Positions 38,381 through 48,301 are shown, counted from the first letter of the stretch. The stretch: DNA of 64,000 nt from a virus (IMGVR_UViG_3300023297_000003), one strand, 5' to 3'. Numbers and translations: made by a program. The notes: generated by a model from the sequence alone, not told the origin.

Positions 38381-39357
38381 TGCCGACTAAAACGAAAGCA
38401 CTGAGTGCCAAAGACTTCCGTGAGCCACTGCTCCTGACTATGGGTGACATGCTCGGGTACAAGGCGGGCGAGGCGTTAGCCTTTAAGGACACCTACGCCC
38501 CCGTGTTCACCCGGATGCACATCGACAACCCTGACGCCTATGGGGATGCGGACAATGGGAAACCTTGGGTCGAACGATGGGTTCAATTCGCTTTTCAAGC
38601 CCTGTGCAAAGAGCAACTGGGTGCCCGTGCGGGTAGAGGAAAGTGGATGCTTACCCCAGAGGGTGTGCAGGCATCCATCAAATTGAAAGGGGATGACACG
38701 GTCGCCCCTGAGGCGGACACGGAGGACGATGTGGTAGCAGCGGACACCAGCGTAGTGGTTGCCCAGGGCGTGAGTGCCTCTGTCGGGACGAATGCCTCTG
38801 ATGCTGACGTCTACGCCCGTGACCCCTACCTCCGAGGGCTGGCCGTAAAACAGACCCCTTGCATCGGGGCCTACTCTGATCAGGCTCCGACCTGTAAGGA
38901 TTGCGTCCTGAGGAGTGCCTGCACCAAGGTGGCAGCGGCGCAACTCTCCAGCTTCGCCATGTCCCTGCGGATGGCTGACATCAACAAGATCAAAGCGGGT
39001 GTGGCCAAGGCAGCGAAAACCTCCAGGGAGAAGGCCGCAGCCCAGGCCGCAGCCAACCCTGGGGTGTCCGGGGGCATGTCCTCGCCTGCTACAGGCGGTC
39101 AGGTGGTGCTGCCAGATGGGTCGGTTGCGGCCCCGACAACACCCTCGGGCAGCGGCTCCACTTATGCCTGGATTGCCAAAGCGAAGATCAATACGGTGAA
39201 CGCTCGGGTGAAAACCCGATGCCGTCACTGCGGTAACTTCATAGAGCAGGGTACCCCCACCGTATGGGCGCACATGCCTGGGGCAGCGGCGGGTAAGGGA
39301 TCAGCAATGTTCCACAAGGGATGCTTCAAGGCAGCTACTGGAAGGGACGCTCCATGA
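38380..39357 (+). CDS. Mrr_N-like winged-helix and Zn-finger protein
   Basis: DFREPLL..RGKWMLTPEG; CKDC, CRHC..HKGC. Confidence 0.65.
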   Translation: MPTKTKALSAKDFREPLLLTMGDMLGYKAGEALAFKDTYAPVFTRMHIDNPDAYGDADNGKPWVERWVQFAFQALCKEQLGARAGRGKWMLTPEGVQASIKLKGDDTVAPEADTEDDVVAADTSVVVAQGVSASVGTNASDADVYARDPYLRGLAVKQTPCIGAYSDQAPTCKDCVLRSACTKVAAAQLSSFAMSLRMADINKIKAGVAKAAKTSREKAAAQAAANPGVSGGMSSPATGGQVVLPDGSVAAPTTPSGSGSTYAWIAKAKINTVNARVKTRCRHCGNFIEQGTPTVWAHMPGAAAGKGSAMFHKGCFKAATGRDAP

Positions 39358-39833
39358 CGATGACGAGGTGGATAACAGCAGCCAAACAGGCCCTGACGCT
39401 TCTCAACGAGACCGAAGAGGTTGTCCCTGAGGTGGACAACCTCCTCGTGGAAGACCTTGTGGCGCTGGGGCAGCGGCTCTGGTGGATGACCAAAAGGGCC
39501 AACAAGATCCTGGACGCCATCAAGGTACGCCTTCGTAAAGAAGCCCACGGGCACACAGGAGAGGATGCATGGAGGTGTGATTCTCCCGAGGGTGGCCACT
39601 GCTTGGTGATACGGAACGAGTCCATCCTGAACGTTCGCAAGGACGCTGACATCGTCGGACTGAGAGCCCTGCTGGGAGACCGCTTCCCCGAGTTCTTCCA
39701 GGAGGTTGTGACGTATAAGCCCCATAGGCACTTCCAGATTCGGACGGCAGGATGTATGACGGATGAACAGGCGGTCCTTCTGGAAAGTGTTGATCTAGTT
39801 GACCGGACCCCTCGGGTCGTGTTCAAGGATTAG
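39354..39833 (+). CDS. Hypothetical protein
   Basis: Coupled ORF. Confidence 0.65.
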   Translation: MTMTRWITAAKQALTLLNETEEVVPEVDNLLVEDLVALGQRLWWMTKRANKILDAIKVRLRKEAHGHTGEDAWRCDSPEGGHCLVIRNESILNVRKDADIVGLRALLGDRFPEFFQEVVTYKPHRHFQIRTAGCMTDEQAVLLESVDLVDRTPRVVFKD

Positions 39834-39835
39834 GT

Positions 39836-41029
39836 GTGATGATGACTAAATGGAGTTGGCCCCTTCCCGATTGCGTTCCGTGGGAGATCCCTCGTGGTGA
39901 TGCGCCTGGAGCCTTCGGGGCCGTAAGGGACAAGGGAAGACACACTGGGATAGACATCCGGGCACATGCTGGCCAACCCGTCCATGCGGTGGAGTCCGGG
40001 GTGGTCCGTGGGATCGGCCCCTTCACAGAAGACGGCACGGCGACTCCCCTGTGGCAAGACACACAGGCGGTGCTGGTAGAGGGGGATTCGGGGCTGCTCA
40101 CTTACGGTGAGATCCTGGTCCGGTCCAGTCTCATGGTCGGTGATGGTGTGGTGGCGGGGGAACTTTTGGGATCCGTGCTCCCCCTCGATTTGCCCAAGAC
40201 ACAAGCCGTCTCGATGCTTCACTTGGAGTTGTACCAGAGTCTGGAGACTACCCCAGAGATCCCTCTGACGTGGAAGTCGGACGAGGACATACCCGAAGAC
40301 CTCATTGACCCGACCCCGTACATCTTCCAGGCATGGTCTCGGGTTACTTCTCGGTTCCACCGGGATGGGGGTCCGCCCCCGACCGACCCCGAGGAACAGC
40401 GTGAACTCGTGGCGTGGCTCCAGGACCACAACATCTGGACGCACCCCATCACGATCAAGGTCCCCCCCGAAGGTATGACATTCGAAAGACCAGAGGAGAG
40501 CACCTTCTGGGAGAGGCCCCAGCCCGACGACGATTGGGTTGAGCAGGAAGTCCAGACGGGAAGCATCCATGACTGCCTGCATTTCGATTTCGTGTACGTC
40601 GATCCGACTACGGACGGGATCGAAGGCGAGAAGTTCAGTACCTGGGATGAGGACCAAAGGAACACGGACTTCAGGATCTGGGTGGAAGCAGGAGGGTGGG
40701 TAGACATTTCCCTGGAGGAAAATGTTCCCGAACCAGACGAGGGCTGGAACGACCACAACAGGTGGGGTTCCTGCCACGACTGTGACCTCGACTGTGGCGC
40801 AGCAGACATGCAAGATGCCTTCCTCCAGTTGGCCCTCCGGGTCCAGTTCTTCTACACCGAGGAAGGACACAGGCGTCCCGACATCCCTCACCAGTGTGAG
40901 GGTACGTTCGAGGATGATGACGAGGATAAGTACCGTAGCGGGTGCTGTGACGGTGGTGATGGCTTCTGCTCCACCTGTGGTTTCCTGATCCGGTACGAGG
41001 ATGACAAGGACGACAAGGAGACCGAATGA
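39836..41029 (+). CDS. M23 peptidase domain protein
   Basis: FGAVR..HTGID..PVHAVESG; MLHLE. Confidence 0.75.
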   Translation: MMMTKWSWPLPDCVPWEIPRGDAPGAFGAVRDKGRHTGIDIRAHAGQPVHAVESGVVRGIGPFTEDGTATPLWQDTQAVLVEGDSGLLTYGEILVRSSLMVGDGVVAGELLGSVLPLDLPKTQAVSMLHLELYQSLETTPEIPLTWKSDEDIPEDLIDPTPYIFQAWSRVTSRFHRDGGPPPTDPEEQRELVAWLQDHNIWTHPITIKVPPEGMTFERPEESTFWERPQPDDDWVEQEVQTGSIHDCLHFDFVYVDPTTDGIEGEKFSTWDEDQRNTDFRIWVEAGGWVDISLEENVPEPDEGWNDHNRWGSCHDCDLDCGAADMQDAFLQLALRVQFFYTEEGHRRPDIPHQCEGTFEDDDEDKYRSGCCDGGDGFCSTCGFLIRYEDDKDDKETE

Positions 41030-41211
41030 AAGTGCTCGTTCAGTATTGGTGGCCCATCACAAACATCGCCTATGCCCCCAACGGGTCCGAGATCGAACTG
41101 ACACAGGAAGTCTTGGTCAAGCTCCTGGAGCACCATGACGTGATGCTCCGACAATGCCAGGAAATGATCCTGTCTCTCGACCGCCGAGGCGGCGGGTTCA
41201 AGCAGAGGTGA
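41026..41211 (+). CDS. Hypothetical protein
   Basis: AAGGAG RBS. Confidence 0.55.
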   Translation: MKVLVQYWWPITNIAYAPNGSEIELTQEVLVKLLEHHDVMLRQCQEMILSLDRRGGGFKQR

Positions 41212-41214
41212 ACC

Positions 41215-41925
41215 ATGCCTGACCCACACAACACAGATCGTTACGGAGAGTTGTGGCCCCAGCACAAGATCGATTGGACCCTCCTGGCCATCGAACCCCT
41301 CAAGCCCTACGTGGTGCTGTCCGGGGGCTTTGCGTGGCACTTCCTGTCCCCCGAGGGCCACTCCGAGTACAAGCACGCCCACGACCACAAAGACGTGGAC
41401 ATCTACATCCCCAAAAGGAATATCGCCACCGTGATGGGGATGCTTCCGGGCCTGGGCTTCAGGAAAGTCAACACCCAACACGACGGGCCGGACTTCCGCA
41501 GGTATGAGGATGAGGTCGAGGACGGAGATCATCCGCCCTTCCGCATCACCCTGGACCTGTTCGACGGGGACGTGGAATCCATCGAGACCCCGAGCGGTTG
41601 GAAGGTCGTTCGCCCGGACGTGCTGCTCTCCTTCTACAAGACACATCACACCAGCGTCTATTGCTGGGCAGTGCAGTCGGCCACGAGGCTCTTCGCAAAT
41701 GGAGAGGTCCCGGAAAATCTCGTAGGTAATGGTGCTTTGATGGCCTGTCCCGACCTGGACGTCTTCATATGTACCAAGTGTGGCTGGGGGGGTCAGTTCC
41801 CTTTTTCGGTTTCAATATGGGACCTTTTAGACGGAGCCAGCAAAGCCCCCATCTGCAACGGATGTCGAAAATATGTAGTCCTGAATCTTGGGAAACCCTC
41901 TTATACAGTCAGGAGGAGGCAATGA
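41215..41925 (+). CDS. Nucleotidyltransferase-fold protein
   Basis: LSGGFAW..HKDVDI..LDLF. Confidence 0.7.
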   Translation: MPDPHNTDRYGELWPQHKIDWTLLAIEPLKPYVVLSGGFAWHFLSPEGHSEYKHAHDHKDVDIYIPKRNIATVMGMLPGLGFRKVNTQHDGPDFRRYEDEVEDGDHPPFRITLDLFDGDVESIETPSGWKVVRPDVLLSFYKTHHTSVYCWAVQSATRLFANGEVPENLVGNGALMACPDLDVFICTKCGWGGQFPFSVSIWDLLDGASKAPICNGCRKYVVLNLGKPSYTVRRRQ

Positions 41926-42233
41926 AACGTCGGTTTATCATCCTGGGGGCAACAGTCCTCCTCATTTTCGCTGCGTTTCTTTTCGCCACCTATTCCCTGC
42001 CAACGCCCGTTCCTCCGCCCACAGAGGCCCCACAACCGCAGATGACCCCGCAGGAGTGTATGCGCCTGTGTATCCTGAGAACTGCCGCTACGGCGGACCT
42101 GGACGCCACATGCCCCGCCTGCGCCGATGCCGATCAGACCATGGCGTCCTATCAGGCGTGCTTTCGCCAGTCAGGATGTTATGCTGCGTTGTTGTCCTTC
42201 TGTGCCCTGGAATGTGAGGCGCCCGATGCCTGA
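41922..42233 (+). CDS. Cys-rich exported protein
   Basis: N-terminal TM/signal, many Cys. Confidence 0.6.
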   Translation: MKRRFIILGATVLLIFAAFLFATYSLPTPVPPPTEAPQPQMTPQECMRLCILRTAATADLDATCPACADADQTMASYQACFRQSGCYAALLSFCALECEAPDA

Positions 42234-42489
42234 TGCCAACAAGTTCCAACGACTGCGTGAGGTGGGTTACACCATCCCCGTGACCTGTGGTCTCTGTATA
42301 CATCGAGACTTCGCCAATCCCCGAGCGGATTGGGGGCAGTGCAAACACGTCAAGTATCAGCACCTGAAACACACTGGTCCGCTCCGAGGTGTGAGCATCC
42401 ACAGGACAGGGCTATGCACGCACGCAACCCTAGACCCGGCCCTTCTAGGAGCCCTCGCATCCTTCGAGGAGATGGTGGAGCAAAAATGA
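42226..42489 (+). CDS. Small Cys-rich protein
   Basis: TCGLCIH..GQC..C. Confidence 0.6.
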   Translation: MPDANKFQRLREVGYTIPVTCGLCIHRDFANPRADWGQCKHVKYQHLKHTGPLRGVSIHRTGLCTHATLDPALLGALASFEEMVEQK

Positions 42490-42719
42490 CGGCTGACATC
42501 ACACAACGAGATCTCGTGGAAACCATCCTTGGATTACGGAGCTTGGCTTCGGACCTGAAGGAAGCATCAAACGGTGAACCCGTCGCTGGGATTGCACCCT
42601 CTGCTGTTCCTGTTGGTGTTACTGCTTTGCTGGATGCTTCGAAATACCTGACCACGGTGGCAGAGGAACTCGTGGGACTCGTCCCTGACTGCCCCCCGCC
42701 CATCCCCCCTAAGGACTGA
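42486..42719 (+). CDS. Hypothetical protein
   Basis: Coupled ORF. Confidence 0.5.
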   Translation: MTADITQRDLVETILGLRSLASDLKEASNGEPVAGIAPSAVPVGVTALLDASKYLTTVAEELVGLVPDCPPPIPPKD

Positions 42720-43335
42720 TGCCCCGCAGAGCGTAGTACCGGCCCAGGAAGGCATCCTTCGCCGTCTCGGGTGACAGGAACTCCACCTTCAATTCAGACA
42801 GTTCTGACGGGATCGGCGGGAGACCCCAACTCTCGTATTGCAGGAGCGAAGGGATCTGGGACTTCTCCAACGTCAGCGTCAGAATGTCTGCAGCCTTCAC
42901 CTCGGGAGCCTGATAGAAGTCCTGGCCGATGCCCAAGGCCTTGGCGATGACCTGATTGATATTGCGTTCCATATCACCCCAGGTGATCATGGAACCGTCC
43001 GGGATCTGCACCCGGATGAACCGCCGGACAGGAGCCTGGATGTCGTGGGTGTAGGCTTCACAGGCGTCGTGAAGTAGGCCCGCCATCATCTGCTTGGACT
43101 CAGGCCACAGAATCTCGATGACTCTGGACACGAGGATGGAGTGCTCCGCTACGGTGATAGGCTCCGTGTGGCCCCCGTACCGGAACTTGTAGGCGATGCC
43201 GTGGGCGATGTCGTCAAGGCGGACCTCGGACACCTGAGGGGTGATAGGATGGAAGCCGATACCGCTCATGGTCGGCATCCACCCCTCCCAACGAGAGGGG
43301 CGTTTCAAAACGACATCCTGGGGGCGTATGCTCAT
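42709..43335 (-). CDS. HD-domain 5'-deoxynucleotidase (YfbR/YfdR-like)
   Basis: DIAH..RYGGH..VAEHS..LLHDACEAY. Confidence 0.88.
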   Translation of the reverse strand: MSIRPQDVVLKRPSRWEGWMPTMSGIGFHPITPQVSEVRLDDIAHGIAYKFRYGGHTEPITVAEHSILVSRVIEILWPESKQMMAGLLHDACEAYTHDIQAPVRRFIRVQIPDGSMITWGDMERNINQVIAKALGIGQDFYQAPEVKAADILTLTLEKSQIPSLLQYESWGLPPIPSELSELKVEFLSPETAKDAFLGRYYALRGISP

Positions 43336-43395
43336 GGGGTGCTCCTGTAGTAAGTCCCGATGAACTCTACCACAGGAGCAGTCATGATGTGGTCA

Positions 43396-43935
43396 TTAAC
43401 GTAACGATCCGTGCCAGTAGTTAACCGTGCCAAGGTAATCCCGCCACGTTTCAGGCATGTCCCCACCCCACATGGTCGAGAGGTCTGTGGTGGGGAGGGA
43501 CTTGGGACGAACAGGTGTGTTGAGCAGTCTCATCCCAGCCTGTTGCGGTGTCCGGTTCCTTTTCCGCTGGTTGCAGGGCATGCAGGCCACCACGATGTTC
43601 TTCCAGTTCGTTTTGCCCCCCTGCGATTGAGGAGTAACATGATCGAAGGTAAACTCCCGGAGCGAAACCTGCTGACCGCAATACAGGCATTTCCCACGGT
43701 CACGCAACCAGATGTTTTTCCGGTTGAACCGCACGCCACGCTTGAAGTACCCCACCGCCGCCCGTACGAACCGGATTACTGAAGGCATGGGCCAATCAGA
43801 TGTGAATGAGGAGATGATCCGATCCTCATATTCCTCTAAGACTTCGGCACGGCCTGTCATGACCATGTTGAAGGCCCGGTGCCAAGACACTCGGGTAAGC
43901 GGCATGTAGCTGTGACTTAAGACTAAGACTTCCAT
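43396..43935 (-). CDS. HNH endonuclease
   Basis: RDRGKCLYCG..TFDHV.P..GG..WKNIVVACMPCN. Confidence 0.9.
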   Translation of the reverse strand: MEVLVLSHSYMPLTRVSWHRAFNMVMTGRAEVLEEYEDRIISSFTSDWPMPSVIRFVRAAVGYFKRGVRFNRKNIWLRDRGKCLYCGQQVSLREFTFDHVTPQSQGGKTNWKNIVVACMPCNQRKRNRTPQQAGMRLLNTPVRPKSLPTTDLSTMWGGDMPETWRDYLGTVNYWHGSLR

Positions 43936-44006
43936 GATGGCCTCTCAAAACTCGATCTACACCTTTTCATCTCGTTGTCTACACTGGATAGCCAAGCGTT
44001 TCTAGT

Positions 44007-44840
44007 TTACCACTCCCGGACGGGTCCGTCACCGTCAAGCAGCAAGGACATCCGATCACGGACGCTCGCTGGCAACTTGGCAACGGCCTTTTCTATGTCC
44101 CTCCGGCTGTGACGCAAGGAGAAATGAACCAACAGCACATGCTCGAAGGTCATCTTCTCCAGCATCGGGGCCAGTTCATCCAGGTGCGTGTGCCCGTGCT
44201 TCCGGGCGTGAGGCACAGGGGCTTCTCCGTTCACGAAGGTACACTCCGCAATCAGGAACTTGGCCCGCTGCACGTCGGGGTGTGCCAGGGCCTCAGGCAG
44301 GGTATCCCCCGTGTATGCCAGGACTGGCGTGACGACCTTGTCAGACACCTCGACCCCGCTCTTTCGCAGGGCACCTATCTCGACCCCCAGCATGCCGACG
44401 TATTCGGCCCTCAGTTTGGACCGGGTCTCGTACAGGACGTAACCCTGGGACGGGACACGGTGGGCCGTGTGGAAAGCACTGACGGTCAAACCTTTGCTTA
44501 CGTACACCGGAGCATCCCCCGGAGCCAGCCGAACAATCTCGTACTTGAAGCCACCCTGTATCTCGTTCCACAGGGTCAGCAGCGCCTCCAGGTGATCTCC
44601 AACCTCGGGGTTGCAAATGAACCTAGACGGCGAGTGTCCCTGCAAAGACCGAGAGGCAGCGTGCTGCACGGCCCCGCCCATGTGATCGATGTGTGCGTGG
44701 GTGACCAGGACCGTCTGGTAGGACATGGCTTCCTTTGAGCAGTGGCCTATGTCCAGGACGACCTTGTAGGGATGCACGACCAGACAGGTGCTGACACCGC
44801 TGGCCGAGGCCCCTGTAACTGTGACACCATTTACTCGCAT
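44007..44840 (-). CDS. rnz: RNase Z (metallo-beta-lactamase fold tRNA 3' endonuclease)
   Basis: THAHIDH, HRVPSQGY, short exosite, YTGDT, ECTF, GHTH, HFSLR. Confidence 0.8.
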   Translation of the reverse strand: MRVNGVTVTGASASGVSTCLVVHPYKVVLDIGHCSKEAMSYQTVLVTHAHIDHMGGAVQHAASRSLQGHSPSRFICNPEVGDHLEALLTLWNEIQGGFKYEIVRLAPGDAPVYVSKGLTVSAFHTAHRVPSQGYVLYETRSKLRAEYVGMLGVEIGALRKSGVEVSDKVVTPVLAYTGDTLPEALAHPDVQRAKFLIAECTFVNGEAPVPHARKHGHTHLDELAPMLEKMTFEHVLLVHFSLRHSRRDIEKAVAKLPASVRDRMSLLLDGDGPVREW

Positions 44841-44859
44841 GACAACCTCCGCACAGTCT

Positions 44860-44886
44860 CTACTCTGAACTCGGCGCAGATGATCC
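44860..44886 (-). promoter_or_regulatory. Phage promoter GATCAT-N14-GAGTAG
   Basis: Exact motif. Confidence 0.7.
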
Positions 44887-44912
44887 CGTGCGTAGGTTGT
44901 CCTGAAGGGAAC

Positions 44913-45290
44913 CTAGTCGAGATTGAGAAGGTCGGCGGCGGGGTCCACCACCGGCTCGGTGGTTTCGGTCACCGGCTCGGGAGCCGGTTCCGGGGCGGCT
45001 TCCGCCACAGGCTCAGGGGTCTCCACGACAGTCTCAGCCACCGGCTCGGCGGCGGGGGCCTTGGCCTTCCTGGGCTTCTTCACGGTGGATTCTCCGAGCT
45101 TGAAGAAGGCGAATCCGTTCACGGCCTTCTGGCCGCACACGTGGGCGGCGAGCTTGGAGAGGGACTTGAACACAGTCCCCTCGTACTCGAAGCCCTCGTC
45201 CAGGACCGTAGCCTTGATCTCGTTGCCCTTGTACTGGCGAACCAGCACCGCACCTACATTCGGAAGTCGAGGATCGTTCTTCATGTCCAT
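44913..45290 (-). CDS. DUF2924-like protein
   Basis: GAVLVRQYKG..GFEYEG..FKSLS..NGFAFF. Confidence 0.75.
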   Translation of the reverse strand: MDMKNDPRLPNVGAVLVRQYKGNEIKATVLDEGFEYEGTVFKSLSKLAAHVCGQKAVNGFAFFKLGESTVKKPRKAKAPAAEPVAETVVETPEPVAEAAPEPAPEPVTETTEPVVDPAADLLNLD

Positions 45291-45334
45291 TCTCCTTGTC
45301 TGTCCACCTCAGATGTTGAGGGGCTCACCCAGGT

Positions 45335-45361
45335 CTACTCCGGGAACAAAGGAGATGATCG
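45335..45361 (-). promoter_or_regulatory. Phage promoter GATCAT-N14-GAGTAG
   Basis: Exact motif. Confidence 0.7.
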
Positions 45362-45415
45362 TCTTTTTAAGCTCTTTATGCAAGTCCTCGGGCGAAGAAA
45401 GTCTGCGGTTATCAG

Positions 45416-45489
45416 CGACCCTGGTCCGATTCGAACGGACGACCTACTACTTAGGAGGCAGTTGCTCTATCCAACTGAGCTACAGGGCC
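45416..45489 (-). tRNA. tRNA-Arg(CCT)
   Basis: Cloverleaf. Confidence 0.95.
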
Positions 45490-45513
45490 GTGGTAGGCGA
45501 GGCCGGGAATTAG

Positions 45514-45586
45514 TAGAGGATGGGGGATTTGAACCCCCGACCATCGCCTTGTAGGAGCGACGCTCTCCCAACTGAGCTAATCCTCT
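45514..45586 (-). tRNA. tRNA-Val(TAC)
   Basis: Cloverleaf (C33). Confidence 0.92.
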
Positions 45587-46289
45587 ATATATCATCCCGT
45601 TCTGGAACCCCTAGAATATAGTCCTGCTGTCCGAGAAAGAAAACAAACAGGTACACCCCATTCTTGATTGACCTTAGAGTACAGGTTCCGTAAGGAGTCC
45701 GATGCTCTGTAACATGTTTTGAGGAAACAGGCGATATTCTTGATGTCCAAATGTTTGAGGAAGAAACCCCAACAGAACCCCAGAAACCAATGGCCTCTGT
45801 GTCTGATCTCAAACTCGCTGCTGGAATCATCACAAAAAGCTTGAAAGCGTCACTTGGCTGTCCTGCCCGCACCCCCCACTCTAGTAAAAGTCGTATATAA
45901 GCTCGATTTGAATTCGCAAAACTCCAGGAGGGTCTTCTTGATGCTGACCTTTTGGTCCCATCCCCCATATACAGACCAACACAAAGAGCGTCTGTTTTTG
46001 TGGGGTTGGAGTGGTACCCCCTTTTGTACCACTCCAATCGCTTCCTTCGTAGATGCTGAAGGCGACGATTATTGAGAAGTTTCAGATCGGCATCTGAAAC
46101 TGTCTGTAAAAGTTTTAAACGATCACTTCCCTGCGCCCCGATAGGAACGTCACGACACCACAACGAAGCTGTGCTTTTCGAAATGTCTAGCTGTTCTGCG
46201 ATTTCTCTAAGAGAAAATCCATCATACCTAAGCTTGAACGCTGCTTTACGAATGTCCGAACAATATTGAACACCCCTTCGACCCACCAT
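45585..46289 (-). CDS. HTH plus LAGLIDADG-like homing endonuclease
   Basis: FSLREIAEQLDISKSTASLW; GLYMGDG; FANS; AT-rich. Confidence 0.75.
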   Translation of the reverse strand: MVGRRGVQYCSDIRKAAFKLRYDGFSLREIAEQLDISKSTASLWCRDVPIGAQGSDRLKLLQTVSDADLKLLNNRRLQHLRRKRLEWYKRGYHSNPTKTDALCVGLYMGDGTKRSASRRPSWSFANSNRAYIRLLLEWGVRAGQPSDAFKLFVMIPAASLRSDTEAIGFWGSVGVSSSNIWTSRISPVSSKHVTEHRTPYGTCTLRSIKNGVYLFVFFLGQQDYILGVPERDDI

Positions 46290-46367
46290 GTCGAACCCCC
46301 CTGAAACGTTTACAGGGGAACTCTACTCCCAAATGATTGCGACGTCAATTTTTTATGACAAAAATTG

Positions 46368-46398
46368 CTGAGGACTTCTGCCACTGAACTACTCGCCT
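46368..46398 (-). pseudogene. 5' half of a tRNA, truncated
   Basis: AGGCGAG-TA-GTTCAGTGGCAGAAG-TCCTCA then AT-rich insert. Confidence 0.6.
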
Positions 46399-46399
46399 A

Positions 46400-47155
46400 T
46401 TAGGTCTGGCACTCCACGTGGGTGAAATGCTCATCCGTGTGCGATGATCTGGCCAAGTCCCCGAGATTCATGGCCTCGTGGCACACGGGGCACACGATGA
46501 GCGGGCAGGAAGCCATGTGCTGGAGGGACATCCCATCATCGTTGCACGTATCTGCCTCTGCCTTGGACACGGGCTGATGACAACGGATACAGACATCCAC
46601 CCCAGCCGTCTGCCCTGGCTTCAAGGCAGGCTTCGGACCCGGCTCTGGCTCAGGTGTCCGCCCCTGTATACAGTCCGTCAAAGCCGAGGTGGAGTCCAGT
46701 TCATTGATGTCGGGGATGATGACCACCCTGACTTTGTCCTTAGCAGACCCAACGGCCACCTGATCCTCATGACCCTCGAAGGCTTCGTTGCGGAACACCA
46801 TACCGCCTCGGATACCCAGGAGAGCCTCGGCTACCGTTTGGAAGTCCCCGACACCATCCTGGATGAAGGTGAAGGTGGGATTCTTGTTGGCTTCCAACAG
46901 CATCCGACGCTGGTACTCGCTCTGGATGGGACGTCCTTTGCCCTTGACCCGACGCACTTCGGCGTCGCTGTCCACGCCCACGATGAGGATCCCGTCGTAA
47001 CCCAGCGCCCGGAGACACCGCTCCAGATACCGCTCATGGAAGTCGTGGAACAGGTCGAACGTCCCGCTGGTCAGGCCGACCTTCAGTTCCGGGTGGGCCT
47101 TGATGTACAGGCCCGCAGCCTCCAGGCTGGTACAAGGATGGGGGTTGATGACCAT
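46400..47155 (-). CDS. Cytidylyl/adenylyltransferase (RfaE domain II-like)
   Basis: TSGTFDLFHDFH, LIVGVDSD..KGKGRP. Confidence 0.85.
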   Translation of the reverse strand: MVINPHPCTSLEAAGLYIKAHPELKVGLTSGTFDLFHDFHERYLERCLRALGYDGILIVGVDSDAEVRRVKGKGRPIQSEYQRRMLLEANKNPTFTFIQDGVGDFQTVAEALLGIRGGMVFRNEAFEGHEDQVAVGSAKDKVRVVIIPDINELDSTSALTDCIQGRTPEPEPGPKPALKPGQTAGVDVCIRCHQPVSKAEADTCNDDGMSLQHMASCPLIVCPVCHEAMNLGDLARSSHTDEHFTHVECQT

Positions 47156-47358
47156 CAGGCACCTCCAGTAACTGTGGTTGCAGGAGGGACTGGAATACAG
47201 CGTACAGCTTTGTATGCCACGAAAGACCCCTTCTGGTGGGTATAGCCATAGCAAACTAAAGGCTCGTTGCTGTGAGCGCAGTCGTGCTCCTCGACGTGTT
47301 CACAATGGCTGCACAGCTTAAAGCCAGCATGGTCACATACACATATTAACCCCATCAT
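47155..47358 (-). CDS. Small Cys/His-rich protein
   Basis: AGGAGG RBS. Confidence 0.55.
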   Translation of the reverse strand: MMGLICVCDHAGFKLCSHCEHVEEHDCAHSNEPLVCYGYTHQKGSFVAYKAVRCIPVPPATTVTGGA

Positions 47359-47375
47359 GGCACCTCCTACTAGGC

Positions 47376-47402
47376 CTACTCAGGGGGTGGTTCAGATGAT
47401 CC
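47376..47402 (-). promoter_or_regulatory. Phage promoter GATCAT-N14-GAGTAG
   Basis: Exact motif. Confidence 0.7.
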
Positions 47403-47404
47403 CA

Positions 47405-47626
47405 TCAGACATCTGTGGCTTTTCGGTGACTCAGGTGATCCCTTGATCGAGGGGTGATGGCTTCTGTGGGTTGGGTACCCCCGGTCTTCAGCACCACCCA
47501 TCCGTCCGTCCACCCATCCGACCCTTTGAGTTTGACGTAGGCTCCGACGTTGGCGTAGCGGGTGGGTATCCAGGAAGTCGTTTCGGTCTGGCATCGGCGG
47601 AGTCTGCACTGTGTGTGAGTTTCCAT
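47405..47626 (-). CDS. Hypothetical protein
   Basis: GGAGG RBS before METHTQC. Confidence 0.55.
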   Translation of the reverse strand: METHTQCRLRRCQTETTSWIPTRYANVGAYVKLKGSDGWTDGWVVLKTGGTQPTEAITPRSRDHLSHRKATDV

Positions 47627-47641
47627 TGCGTTCCTCCATAG

Positions 47642-47712
47642 TATGCCCACCGGGAATTGAACCCGGATCACCCGATTATAGGTCAGGCGCTCGACCGTTG
47701 AGCTATGGGCAC
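47642..47712 (-). tRNA. tRNA-Ile(TAT)
   Basis: Cloverleaf, loop CCTATAA. Confidence 0.88.
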
Positions 47713-47713
47713 A

Positions 47714-48286
47714 TCAGGACCCACTGATGTCATCATCCTTCTTGTGGAAAAATAATGTCCTTCGCCCCTCCGGGCTACACAACAGTTGACTGTGCTCCTG
47801 GTGGTCCTTCACCCACTCGGGGCGGAGAGAGGCAATGGGGAGCATGTAGTGGTGGACTACCGCCCCGTCGAAGCCCAGAGTACGGAACCCGATCCTTCGG
47901 GTGTTGGGATCATCACTAGGGATGGTCTTCCAGACGCTAGGATTTCCCTTGGCCTCCAGGAAGCTCTCCCAAAGACCAGACCAGCCTCTGTACTGTGTCT
48001 CGTCCGGGTACTCGAAGGTCACATCAGGCCCTTCCCACGATCCGTTAAAGTCAGGGTTCCACTGGTACTGGATGTCCGGCTCGTCCCGCCTCTTCAAGGC
48101 TCCGAAGGTCACCATCATGCCGAGCATGTCGCTCAGGGCGTCCCCGACCCTGTTGGCACTCCAGAAGACGTGCTTCAGGGTGGTCGGGAAGTTGTCCTCT
48201 TCCCGGAACAAACCGAGACTTAACCCCAGTGCATGTTCGGCAAGGTCCCAGTCCTTCCAGTCCTGCATCCGTTCTCTAAACGTCAT
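47714..48286 (-). CDS. Hypothetical protein
   Basis: AAGGAGG RBS. Confidence 0.7.
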   Translation of the reverse strand: MTFRERMQDWKDWDLAEHALGLSLGLFREEDNFPTTLKHVFWSANRVGDALSDMLGMMVTFGALKRRDEPDIQYQWNPDFNGSWEGPDVTFEYPDETQYRGWSGLWESFLEAKGNPSVWKTIPSDDPNTRRIGFRTLGFDGAVVHHYMLPIASLRPEWVKDHQEHSQLLCSPEGRRTLFFHKKDDDISGS

Positions 48287-48301
48287 CGGGCACCTCCTTC
48301 T

